DNA from: Octopus sinensis
Taxonomy: Eukaryota
Assembly (NCBI RefSeq): GCF_006345805.1
Contig: NC_043006.1
Coordinates: forward strand, 29,698,001 to 29,762,000
DNA length: 64,000 nt
Direction: 5' to 3'
The notes beneath the pieces are model-generated. The model saw only the letters and a list, made by a program, of their open reading frames with translations, did not search any database and was not told the origin of the DNA. Below are positions 13,722 to 24,965 of this stretch, in pieces. Both the position numbers and the translations under genes were made by a program. Position 1 is the first letter of the stretch; every line of letters begins with the position of its first letter.

Positions 13722-14081
13722 CCTAATATTGGCACTCAGTCTTTTGAAATTGTATCTTTTTTTCCATGTATGCAGGTAGAGTCCATCCTTCAGTTGAAGT
13801 TTTAAAAAGAATGCTTTAGAAGCGTGAAGATTCTGAAAAAAAAAAAAGGCGATGCCAAGATTCAGACCAAAGATGTCAAAAGGTTCACTATTGCAGTGAA
13901 TTGTAGTATTTGTACATCCTCTTGAAAGAAGGATGTCAATTTGTGATATAATATGAGGATGTGACAGTGTTCAAGGAAATTTGGGAGAGGCTATCATCCT
14001 TGTTAATTAAGGCAGGTACATTACTGATTTGAAGAAAGGGACATATAACAACTGAAAGTGCTATTCCTAACAGTGTTCTAG

Positions 14082-14240
14082 GAATTAAAAAAGGAAGAAA
14101 AATCCATTGTGAATCTAACAGTAGAATATTCTGACAACTTTTGGCAATTTGCAGAAAGATTTGCTGATAATACTGAAAAAACAGTCGGTCCTTACAAAAC
14201 CAACTTTTTTGCTTATGATATTGAAGAAACAAATGTCCTG
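14082..14240 (+). CDS. Candidate internal coding exon of an unidentified protein
   Basis: CTAAC branch-like motif then ttctAG acceptor; 159 nt (53 codons), phase 0-0, open: ELKKEEKSIVNLTVEYSDNFWQFAERFADNTEKTVGPYKTNFFAYDIEETNVL; donor CTG|GTAATT. Confidence 0.4.
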
Positions 14241-15624
14241 GTAATTATTTTACATAATTATTATATACACCCTGTCACCAATTTTCAGATACAGAGTGAC
14301 TGTTCAGACATTTTTTACATCTTTAGTATATATATATATATGTATGCTACAGAACCTTCTTAAAGCATTGTCCAAGCCTAATTAGGTTACCTATGAAGAA
14401 AACCAAACAATACCAAAGAAAGCAATCCACACGGATTATGAATCCATGAACACTTCCCACTTTACTAGAATGAAGAACAACCCAGAATAATAAAACTAAG
14501 ATATAAGAAATGCACAATCAAACATAACATATGTGCATTCCCATCATCAGCTGCCCAAACAGTTATCACTATGGTTTGAACCCCTGAACTGTACCATTCA
14601 ATCTGGTGGTGGCCACAGCATTAAAAATATAAACACTGCCTGAGAATCCACTACAAGTATATAGGAAGTTGCTTTTCTATTTTTGTTATATAAAAAAAAA
14701 ATCATTAAAATGCTCAATACATCATTTTAGTGTCCCATCTTTGGTCAAAAGATGTTCAAACAAGACTAGTCATAGACTTTTAGGTATTTTAGTTTTGATT
14801 TTCTCAAACCAGACAAAATCTTCCTTTTTTTCCTTTTTTTTTTTTCATAAGTAATACAATTTGTTGATAAACTAATTTCTGTTAATGTTTCCTGCTTTCA
14901 TGTGGGTGCAACAATCTGCAACATATGCAAGTGATAATTAATCAAAAGATGAGATTAAAACAATATCAGTTTGGAAATTGTCAGTTTTTACACATGAGCC
15001 GTCCAGATGGGTGTTCTCATATAGGTCTTTCTTATCTAATTATTCTTTTCTAATATCTAACACACACACATGCGCGTGCACACACATACACACGCGCGCA
15101 CACACACACACTCACACAGGTGTGTAAATAATGGAGTGTGGTAAGTACACAGTTTTATAGGGAGTTTCAGAAAGTGGAGAGGCCAGCTATATATATATAT
15201 GCCATCCTTTTTTATTTACAAATGTGGTTTTAGAGTAAGATATAACATCTGTTGCCTGAAGACTGACACAGCTGATCCACCTAATTGAGTTTAATATCAT
15301 CAAAGCAGGTTTTATTGAATGAGGATTAGCAATATACATATATCGAGAAGCCCCAAACCATTGGTATGCTTACGTATGTGTAGTTCATTTTATTTGAAAC
15401 ACGTTTTATATGAGTTCTATTTGCCTTCATATACAAATTTTCAAATAAATTTAGGTAATTTCAAAGATTTCAAAAACATTCTAAAAATTAAAACTTGCTT
15501 AATCTGCCAAGATATAATATCTCTATAACAATTAAAATCATTAAGAGAGAGCTACCAATCACATCAGCCATTGCTAGATTATAAAGGCGAAAAAAATCTT
15601 CTCCCCCTCCCCTTTTATTTTTGG

Positions 15625-16400
15625 TTTGAAGAGTCTGATCTCTAATATTTTCTCAAATCTATCCAATTTATTCTTCCATCTCGTTCTTTTTCAAACTGTT
15701 TCCTTGACCATTTCTCAGAATCCAGTTTGTCAACATTTTCATCCATTTGTTGTCTCTCTGGATATGTCCAACCCAACTCCATTTCAATAACATTTAGTTT
15801 TGTTTAATTTCAGATCTTTTTTTTTTGTTGTTTTATGGGGTCTCATTACTTTTTGATCAGATTCTACATTTCTGCAAAATAAGAAATTTTTGTGATGACA
15901 CATTGATTTTAAATTCATCTTTTGTTTGGTTCTTAAGGGAGTCTGACTTTCCAAAATGATGACTTGTCCTCTTGAAGGTTTACCAGTTTGAAGTAATTCA
16001 TGGCCAGCAGAGGCAAAACTCTTTATTATTTGAAGTTTTGTTTTTCAAAAGAGCCATCAGTTTATGGAACCTTAGCCCTGCTGTCATGTTTTTTGTAGTC
16101 AATTATTATGACATAGTTTGAAGTTTGGTTGGTTTTCCTAACACAAGAACTATGCTGTCTGCAAATGTGTAAGAAATTTGCCATCAATTTTAATTCCCAT
16201 TTTGTCTTCATCCAAGAACAGTTCTCAAAACACTTCTTCTATACAGGCAATGTAAAGTTTATGGTAAATAAGATTTTAAGTGAATTTGTTCAAACACTTG
16301 CATGGTGTGAAGAGAAAAATGTGTCATAGTAAATAATGTATTTTGAAGACCTTAATCTCTGTTGGTTCTATATCTTGGTTTGTTATGGTTACCGCCAATG
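15625..16400 (-). mobile_element. Old RTE-type LINE fragment (second family)
   Basis: Frameshifted GIKIDGKFLTH-FADSIVL (RT FADD motif) near 16150-16210 and LKWSWVGHIQRDNKWMKMLTNW (RTE C-terminus) near 15720-15790. Confidence 0.7.
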
Positions 16401-17738
16401 CTTATATTTCTAACAGAATGTTTTTGCCATCCACAATGGCTGAGTAAGATTTTATATTCTGTTGATTTATTAGTACTGAAATCATCATCATCATAAATAA
16501 TTTCACATCTTTTTCCATATTGGTATAAACTGGACATGTCTACTGAATAAACTTTCGCTCTTGTCAACACCCCTAAGCTGGAACCAGTTAGATTCATGTT
16601 GCTTCCATTTTAACCCAACTCAATAAACTATTAACCACAAAATCAGTGAGATTTTTCTTGTCAAATTGCATGTGTTGTCTATTTTCATCCTATAACAAAT
16701 ACTGCAACAAAAGTATTTCAAAAATCCACACAATTCCTGACTTCTAGCTTTTATAACTTTGTATACATCTGTGAGCAATATGATGTGCTGCTACATTTTC
16801 TTAGTTCGGCTTCTCTGGGCCAAATTTGCAAAATAATTTTGAAACAATACTCAATGCAATCTGTTTAATATTACGGTTTATCTAGAATCCAAAATTCAAT
16901 TGTTAAAATCCAACAAACAACAATTGAACAATTTACTCTGGAATTACAGACATTTTCCCTGTCATTAATCAATAGAAAAACAATAATTTTAATTCTTGTA
17001 ATTAGTGTCTTTAATAGCTGACATTAACAAAATCAAACTTACACTAATTATACTTGACATGAAGTTGTTTTGGAAAAAACTATGAGAGTTCTTTTATGAT
17101 TTTAAAGAAACTTCAGAAGTTGGGGGGGAGGGGGATTTCTATTTTATTATTTTGCAAGCCAAACAAAACTATACAAAATGAGAAAAAAATCTTCATTAAA
17201 AGAAGCTTAATTAAATTTCTTCTCTTACATAAAATTTCTTTGACAACAAGATTTAATAAAAATAAGTAAACAAACAGCTAACAAAACATTAACTAAATTT
17301 TAAATGATTAACCAAATATAACCCCTGTAAATTCTTGCTGCCCTGAATGAATTTCAAATGAGAAAAAATGTTTGTGTAAAATCATAAATTTTCCTCAATC
17401 CAATAAAATATATCAAAATATATAAAAGGTTTTTAATACAATTTAAGAGGAATTTTATCACCAACAAATTTTGTGTGTGTGTGTGTGTGTGGCTATAACT
17501 AATATAGCAATGAATCGTTAACAGTGTCCACAGAGTGGAGACTAATTTGGTGTTACGCTACATTATAAGAACGATTAAATGAAAATGAAAGAAGGGTTTG
17601 TTTTTTTTTAAATATACAATTAATTAAGCATAGAAAGAATGAATCTATTAAAATATAATGCACTGATGAGATTTTTAAAGAGTAAATAATTACAAAAGAA
17701 TAGAAATGTTACTTTGCTATGTAGTAAGCATAGTGAAG

Positions 17739-18050
17739 GCACATGGCTCAGTGGTAAGAGCATTAGGCCAATAATAATGAGGTAGTGAGCTTGATTGCCA
17801 GACTGGGTTATGTGTTGTGTTCTTGAACAAGGCACTTTATTTTTACATTGCTCCAGTTCACTCAGCTGTAGAAATGAGTTGCAATGTGACAGGTGCCAAG
17901 CTGTTGTGACACCTTTGCCTTTCCCTTGGATAACATCAGTGGTATGGAGAGGGGAGGCTGGTATGCATGGGTGATTGCTGGTCTTCCATAAACAACAGTA
18001 CCCAGACTGGTGCCTTGGATGAAAACTTTCTAGGACCAAAGGAGGTCTTT
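17739..18050 (+). mobile_element. tRNA-headed SINE family S2
   Basis: Head GGCACATGGCTCAGTGGTAAGAGC (A-box), body CTTGAACAAGGCACTTT...CATTGCTCCAGTTCACTCAGCTG; related inverted copies at 28480-28822 and 55480-55830. Confidence 0.75.
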
Positions 18051-18149
18051 AGTTTTTTATATTTTATATAGTAAGCAATAAAACTAGTTTTGAAACAAAA
18101 TATGTAACATAACTGTTTAGGGAAGAACATAATAATAAAGAATAAAAAA

Positions 18150-18385
18150 TACCATGTGAAAAGCACCCCTGCTGGTGCCATATTAAAAGCACAGGTGCTG
18201 GTGCCTCAGCACCCAGTACATTCTGTAATGTGGGTGGCACAAGTAAAAACATCCAGACATAGAAGCCATGCCAAAACAGATAATGGAATCTGGTGCAGCT
18301 CTCTGGCCTTGCCAACCCCTGTCAAACTATCCAACTCATGCTAGCATGGAAAACATACATTAAATGATGATGGCGATGATGATGA
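18150..18385 (+). mobile_element. (GAT)n-tailed RTE 3' end copy
   Basis: AAAAGCACCC...CAAACTATCCAACTCATGCTAGCATGGAAA...TTAAATGATGATG. Confidence 0.8.
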
Positions 18386-18559
18386 TAAGATATATGAAAT
18401 GAATAAAAGTTATGTATAAACAAAGTTATATTTTATGTTGATTATTTTAATGTCTAAAAGAAAGGTAGTGGATTGACAGAAGTGTTTGAGTATCAGAAAA
18501 AATTCTTTACAGAATTTGTTCCAACTGCTTTTGTTCTTTTTAATTCTGAGTTTAGAAGT

Positions 18560-18900
18560 TCTACTAAGGCTTCTCATAGAGCCAAATATACTTCATGGTT
18601 TGAACACAAGACCAAAGAGGAGATTAAACAGACACATTCCACTCATTTCTCTTCTATTATTGTTGTTGGGTACAGGTTAAGGGCTTTGCTGACCAGAACT
18701 ATCATTCTGATCACCAGACCATATCAGATGTTATATTTTGGAGATTTACTCATCATAATAGAGGGAGAAGACCACTCAAGCTATATTAATGGCAGAAACA
18801 AACAACATGAAATTAAGGAACTACAAAAGCTAATAAGAGACAAAGAATCTTGGTGTGAAGTGATGAGTGGTATGTCCAATGCAAGCAGTTGAAGAAGGGT
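18560..18900 (+). mobile_element. LINE 3' coding fragment (explains ORF 18473-18892)
   Basis: Across frames: TSWFEHKTKEEI...SSII, RLR-FADQNYHSDHQTISDVIFWRFTHHNRGRRPL, ELQKLIRDKESW; matches the RRLRFAGH...RGRP...DR..W C-terminus of RTE-group LINEs. Confidence 0.7.
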
Positions 18901-19334
18901 GTGACTTGAGGGAGACTTAGCAGCTATTTGTAGCAAGTTGGATGACCATGTGGAAGCTCCCAGATTGGCTCATGACACAAGTTACAGAGGTAGATAGATC
19001 ACGGAGATAAACAAATGAGAAATGTATCAAATATATTAACATTTATAAATATCCTACATGTAGTTTATTAATGGAGCTAATGAAGTAGAGTGACATATGT
19101 TACAGTGGAGCCAAAGGCAAATTTACATGCCTGACAAGATATTCTACATATAACAATGAAGTATGAAGTGTATCAAAGCAAAAGAGTCATAATTTTCATT
19201 TGCTTATAGTGGACAGTAACAACAATTAACAATTGCTATCCATTTCCTCCAAATATCCTTGATTCACAGACTGCGTCCAATCTAAAGAGATGTCACTTAA
19301 TTCATTGGCATTGAATTGCTCTCCATCCTTTGAT

Positions 19335-19560
19335 CATCTATAATATGCTGTTGACTCCTTCTACTGTTTTGTTGGCCTCTGCTCCTCTGACCTGGCTACT
19401 CCCATGCTCACCTCCACCTAATTTACTTGTCTCCCTTCCTTCCACACCCACCACCTATTATCTCACCACTTTTGTCCTTCAATTAATCATTATTGTTGCT
19501 TCCTCCTCAGAATTTTGCTTAAATCAACTGCCAACTATTCAAGAACAGCCTCAGATGGTT
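19335..19560 (+). mobile_element. Possible CR1/L2-type LINE 3' fragment
   Basis: YCFVGLCSSDLATPM resembles the post-RT YY.G.CS.EL motif of CR1/L2 elements; heavily decayed. Confidence 0.35.
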
Positions 19561-21342
19561 TACAATGACTATCAGTGGTGATGGTGGTCACCATTCCTTC
19601 ACACCAAACAAATTAATAAAATAATTTTAAAAATATATTGCAAAATATAAAAGCATAAAACCATGGCAACAAATTAGTGAAAGAATTGCAACAGGTTTAT
19701 GAAGTTGGATTTTAGACATAAAATGAAATTGTTCAGAAAGTTACCATTTTTGATGAGAGATACGTAGAGCACAACACTAAATATGGACATCATTTAAAAA
19801 AAAACACTAAGGAAAAATATTTTAAATTAATTTTTTTTAACTAAAATCACGCATCTAAGTACTCTGTCAGTTTTTAATGATGTAACTTCAACCTTTTATT
19901 CTTTTATTTGGTTCAGTCATTTCACTGTGGCCATGCTGGAGCACCACCTTAAAGGGTGTTAGTCAAAGAAGACACTTGCCTAAGGTGCCACACAGTGGGA
20001 CTGAACCCGGAACCATATGGTTGGGAAGCAAGCTTCTCACCACACAGCCATGCCTATATAACAAAATAAATGGCAAACAGCTAAATCAAATGAAACCAAA
20101 TGAATAATGTATGTACAGCATGAGCAGACTTATATAATTCTAAGAATACAGGAAAATGGCAGTTATAATAATATTGATATGGTTATGTGTCTCACCCATC
20201 CTAGGGTCACACGGCTAGAGACAAAAAAATACTTGCAACTAATAAATGACCAAAAAGTCAAAACTAATATATGTTGTTGTTGGTGGTGGTGTGTGTGTGT
20301 GACTATCTGCTTAAAGACTCTTTGGTAGATTAAAATAATGGCATTAGATATCATGATGCGTTTTGCAGCAGCAAGCTATGTTTGGTTAAAGGAATGGAAA
20401 AGAGACGATGGGAGCAGGGGCGTGAAGCAAGAAATAAAAGATTGATATTTTCAAATATTAAATCTAAAATGGAATATTAAGCCAGCTGGAAACAATCAAA
20501 GCCTGGAATGGTGAATATCCTGTCTTTGTTTGATATCAGTGAATTCTTTACTCTAAGAGGTGAAGATGTCAGATAGAGTAACATAGAATCTGAGATGGCA
20601 ATTCTTGGAGAGAAAACTCAGCCTGTAATTCTAGAATACTATGAAATCTCTTGATGAGTTAGAAATTTCATTTTGTTGTTTTCTTGACTTTTTATTTTCA
20701 TTGTTTTTTTTTCTTCTCTATTTTGCTTGAGTAATGAAAATTTACTTTTTGATAAATTGCTCCAACTTCCAAAAATTAAAATACTTATCAAAATAGCAAT
20801 ATAGCAATCTATACAGTTTGGGGTTAATTGTTTCACTATTTAAAGTCAATTATATACATAAGTGTGTGCATGCATGTGTGTGTGTATGTATATGCATATG
20901 CGAGAGTGTGTGTGCATGTTTTTATGTGTGCCTATGTATGCTGGTTCATATTTGTGCGTATGGTTATGTGAATGACATATGCTTGTGAAAGTTGATTTGC
21001 ACGTGTATTTCAGAACATCAGTGTGTTTGTGTCCCCCACACATATGTTGCATGCGTCTGTGTATTTCTGTCAGTGGATCAGTGAGTCACGTCTCTATCAG
21101 TGGGTCAACATGTTTCTACATGGGCTCATTGTCCAGGCCCATTCATTTTTGTATGTGAAAATGTACATGTTCATAATTGCATGTTTACCCATGATTGCAT
21201 GCCCATATAGAGCCATCTACTTCTACATGTTTTCCATGTGTATCTGTATGTTTGTATCAACAGAATAAATAGAAAAGTTGGAAATGAAGGAAAAAAGCAC
21301 AAAAAATTAGACAAACATGCAAATAATTTTACATACATCCCC

Positions 21343-21344
<2 letters not shown>

Positions 21345-21381
<37 letters not shown>

Positions 21382-21406
21382 CATACATATAAATACACAC
21401 ACACAT

Positions 21407-21455
<49 letters not shown>

Positions 21456-21558
21456 TATATACACATATATATAAACACATATATATATACATATATACAC
21501 ATACATATATATACACACACACATATATATATACATACACACATATATATATATGTAC

Positions 21559-21613
<55 letters not shown>

Positions 21614-21636
21614 TCATACATATATATATACATATA
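21345..21636. repeat. Compound (TA)n/(CA)n microsatellite
   Basis: Seen directly. Confidence 0.95.
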
Positions 21637-22262
21637 TCATCATCATCATCATTTCCATGCTAGCATGGGTTGGATGATTTGACTGAAGACTGGCGAACCA
21701 GATGGCTGCACAAGGTTCCAATCTGATCTGGCAGAGTTTCTACAGCTGGATGCTCTTCCTAACGCCAACCACTCCGAGAGTGTAGTGGGTGCTATTACAT
21801 GCCACCAGCACGAGGGCCAGTCAGGTGGTACTGGCAACAGCCATGCTCAAATGGTGTTTTTTACGTGCCACCTGCACAGGAGCCAGTCCAGCGGCACTGG
21901 CAACAACCTTGCTCGAATGCTTTTTCACGTGCCACCAGCACAAGTGCCAGTAAAGCAATGCTGGTAATGATGACATTCAAATGATGCTTTTTACATACCA
22001 CCGGCATAGAAGCCAGTTTGCTGCTCTGGTAACGATCATGCTTGGATGGTGCTCTTAGCACTTCACTAGCACGGATGCCAGTCATCGAATTTGATTTCAA
22101 TTTCGATTTCACTTGCCTCAACAGGTCTTCGTAAGCAGAGTTTAGTGTCCAATGAAGGAAAGGTACACACAAGTGGGCTGGTTACACCCCTGGCATAGGC
22201 CACGAGGTTATGGTCTCACTTGGCTTGCCGAGTCTTCTCAAGCACAGCATATTTCCAAAGGT
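21637..22262 (-). mobile_element. Long RTE 3' UTR copy with (CAT)n tail and four internal ~65-bp tandem units
   Basis: Tail CATCATCATCATTTCCATGCTAGCATGGG; units start at 21797, 21863, 21927 and 21993. Confidence 0.85.
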
Positions 22263-22264
22263 GC

Positions 22265-22680
22265 TTCACCACCTTACATCCTCTGATAACACACAGATGG
22301 TAATTTGACGATTTCCCCTAACAGATGCATGCACATCTGTGATGTTTTTCTTAGTTCTGCTGGTTGTGGGTCTCCCAGAACGTTCGTCAATATCAACATT
22401 CTTTCAGCCATCTAGGAAACATCTGAACCACTTGTACACTTTGTGAGGCTCATACACTCCTCTCCATATGCTTTCTGCTTCTTTTGTCATGGTCAATGAG
22501 ACAATCACACACTACACACTTTCCTTCTAAGCACTGCTGTAAACAGCAGAAGTGAGCTAGGATGTTAAATCTTAGTGTGCATGTACAGCAGAGTTCAAGA
22601 TCAATCTTTGCCAAGCAACTTTACTCTGCATTCTTTAGCTTCATTATTAAGGTTCAGATATTCATTGATCAGACCATGTA
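22265..22680 (-). mobile_element. Mariner 5' fragment (TIR plus N-terminal HTH region of transposase)
   Basis: Minus strand with one frameshift: QKAYGEECMSLT-VYKWFRCFLDG*KNVDIDERSGRPTTSRTKKNITDV...RQIT. TIR-like TACATGGTCTGATCAATGAATATCTGAAC ends at 22680. Confidence 0.85.
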
Positions 22681-23399
22681 TAATTTAAAATTAAGGTTTA
22701 GATAGATGACATTAAAATGCAGTATTCTGTATACTCCACTAATGTGTGTGAACTACTAGCAACACACCATAATATCACCAGCATCTAGCTTGGGAGCAAA
22801 ATGTAAATCTTAGAGACTTTGAAGACTATTACATCACCTGATGAGACTCCTTGTACTGCGAGGTGCATCTGATGTCATTACATCATTCCTCACTCACTAG
22901 GGAGCAGTGTAGAAGGGAGTGGAGACAATTGTTGTGCTAGATAAAGCTTCTAGTTACACTCCATCTTCCATATCAATCATTTAGAACACACACACACACA
23001 CACTCAACCATCTCACTCTCATCCTTGCCACCACCCTAACAACTGTATCATCTTTACTACTCATACTACTTGCCCTCTTCATTCTCTACTGCATCCCTCT
23101 ATCTTCCACAACTCATGGCTCTTTGTTCATCCATCCTTCAACCTTACCCCTTCGGGCAGTCTGCCTCACAGTACCCTCATTCTCCTTCCAATACATCCTT
23201 GCAAACTGATTCTTCAACTCAACTTGTACCTTGTAGCGCCACCTAGTCATATCCTCACCATTATCTATTTCTTGCAGCTTCTACCGTTCATTTTCTCTTC
23301 CCTTTCTCCTCCTAGATGTTAGTAACCATTCAGATCCTCTACAAGAACCTGCACTGACCCCATCACTTCCCATAGTTCAATCTTCCCATCCAGAAGCAT

Positions 23400-23648
23400 G
23401 CTACTGACCATCTGACCCTCTCCTCCAGAATTTGTGGTTCTGTGAATTGCATGGCGACCTCGATAGTGCAGGTAGCACAAAAAGAGAACCCAGTCCATGT
23501 TGTAAAGTGGTTGCTATTAAAAAAAGAGCATCCAGTCATAAAAACCATGCTAAAACAGACATTGGAGCATGATGCAGTCTTTGGACTCATTAGATTCTGT
23601 CAAACCGTCCAACCTATGCCAACATGGAACACAGGCTTTAAATGATGA

Positions 23649-23650
<2 letters not shown>
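23400..23650 (+). mobile_element. RTE-tail-bearing repeat copy
   Basis: AACCCAGTCCATGTTGTAAAGTGGTTG...CAAACCGTCCAACCTATGCCAACATGGAA...TTAAATGATGATG. Confidence 0.75.
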
Positions 23651-23682
<32 letters not shown>

Positions 23683-23684
23683 CG

Positions 23685-24095
23685 TGCAGGAAAGGCTGTG
23701 TGGTAAGAAGCTTGTTTCCCAACCACATGGTTCTGAGTTCAAACCCATTGTATGGCATGTTGGGCAAGTGTCTTTTACTATAAGCCTCAGGCTGACCAAA
23801 GCCTTGTGAGTGGATTTGGAAAATGGAAACTGAAAGAAACCCATCATATATACACACATATATATATATATGTATGTATGTTTTTTGTGTATCTGTGTTT
23901 GTCCCCCACCACCATGGCTTAACAACCAATGCTGGTGTGTTTACATACCCATAACTTAGCAGTTTGGCAAAAGAGACCAATAGAATAAGTACTAGGCTTA
24001 CAAAGAATAAGTCCTGAGGTTGATTTGTTTACTAAATGCGGTGCTCCAGCATGGCCACAGTCAAATGACTGAAACAAATAAAAGAATAAAAGAAT
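23685..24095 (+). mobile_element. SINE family S1, full-length copy
   Basis: Head GGCTGTGTGGTAAGAAGCTTG...GAGTTCAAACCC, body GGGCAAGTGTCTT, tail GACTGAAACAAATAAAAGAATAAAAG. Confidence 0.85.
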
Positions 24096-24867
24096 ATGTG
24101 TGTGTGTGTATGTATATATATGTATGTCTACACATACACACAATATACACACACATACATATATATGTATGCATGCATGTATGATGTATGTATGTATGCA
24201 TGTATATGGATGAGCATATTTATTATATAAACATTTGTGTCCACTAATTAGGATACATTTACCACACATGCTTTTTAACATAGTCACACACACACATACA
24301 CACACGTATACACAGACTATCTCTCTCTCTTTCTCTTCCTCCAAATTGAAGCTGCTTACTGAAGCAAACATTGAGAGCGATAAAGTGTGTGTGCGCACGT
24401 GTGTGTGTGTGTGTGTGTGCGTGTGTGCATGTGTGTGTATGTGTGTGTGTGTGTGTGTAAGTGTCATGTAACAGTTTACAAACTTTATCAAGTTATAAAA
24501 TTAACAAAATAATCAGTTTTAAGGCCACACAGCTTTCAGTTTTGTCTTGCTCACACTCATTCGGTCCATATGCAGTAATTTAGTAATATTTTAACTTTTA
24601 ATAATTAGTAATCAACTAACTCGTTATTGACTTGTTTATGTTGCTGCTGATATCAACATTAATTTTATCCATGGTTGTTCCATTTGGATGCTTTCAAAAT
24701 GCAGAAAGTCGCTCAACCCAAACTTCTCATTTTCTTAATATCCTACTTAAAAATCAATCAAATTCACCATTTCTCCTCCTAGTCTCATAATAAACTCACA
24801 TTTATTTCATTCTCCTTTTTAGACATTTATTTGATGCTATTATTTGACAAGTCACAGCAATCACTTC

Positions 24868-24965
24868 TGGCTTTACGCCCTGAGTTCAAATTTTGCCAAG
24901 GTTGACTTTGCCTTTCATCCTTTTGGGGTCAATAAAATAAGTCCCAGTTGAACACCGAAACTGAT
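24868..24965 (+). mobile_element. SINE family S3 fragment
   Basis: GAGTTCAAATTTTGCC..GGTTGACTTTGCCTTTCATCCTTTTGGGGTCAATAAAATAAGT; also at 40602-40790, 52690-52840, 59160-59310 and inverted at 34555-34680. Confidence 0.75.

Noticed and set aside
13776-14080. Plus-strand frame after a good acceptor, with TAG/TAA/TGA stops that A-to-I editing could in principle convert to Trp
   Set aside because: It would need several edits plus a frameshift; no supporting dsRNA or homology.
21797-22058. Regularly spaced repeats superficially like a CRISPR array
   Set aside because: The units are contiguous diverged tandem copies without unique spacers, inside a eukaryotic LINE 3' UTR.
22845-22880. CTGATGA motif (also at ~40234)
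   Set aside because: No downstream GAAA, stem III or stem I pairing; not a hammerhead.
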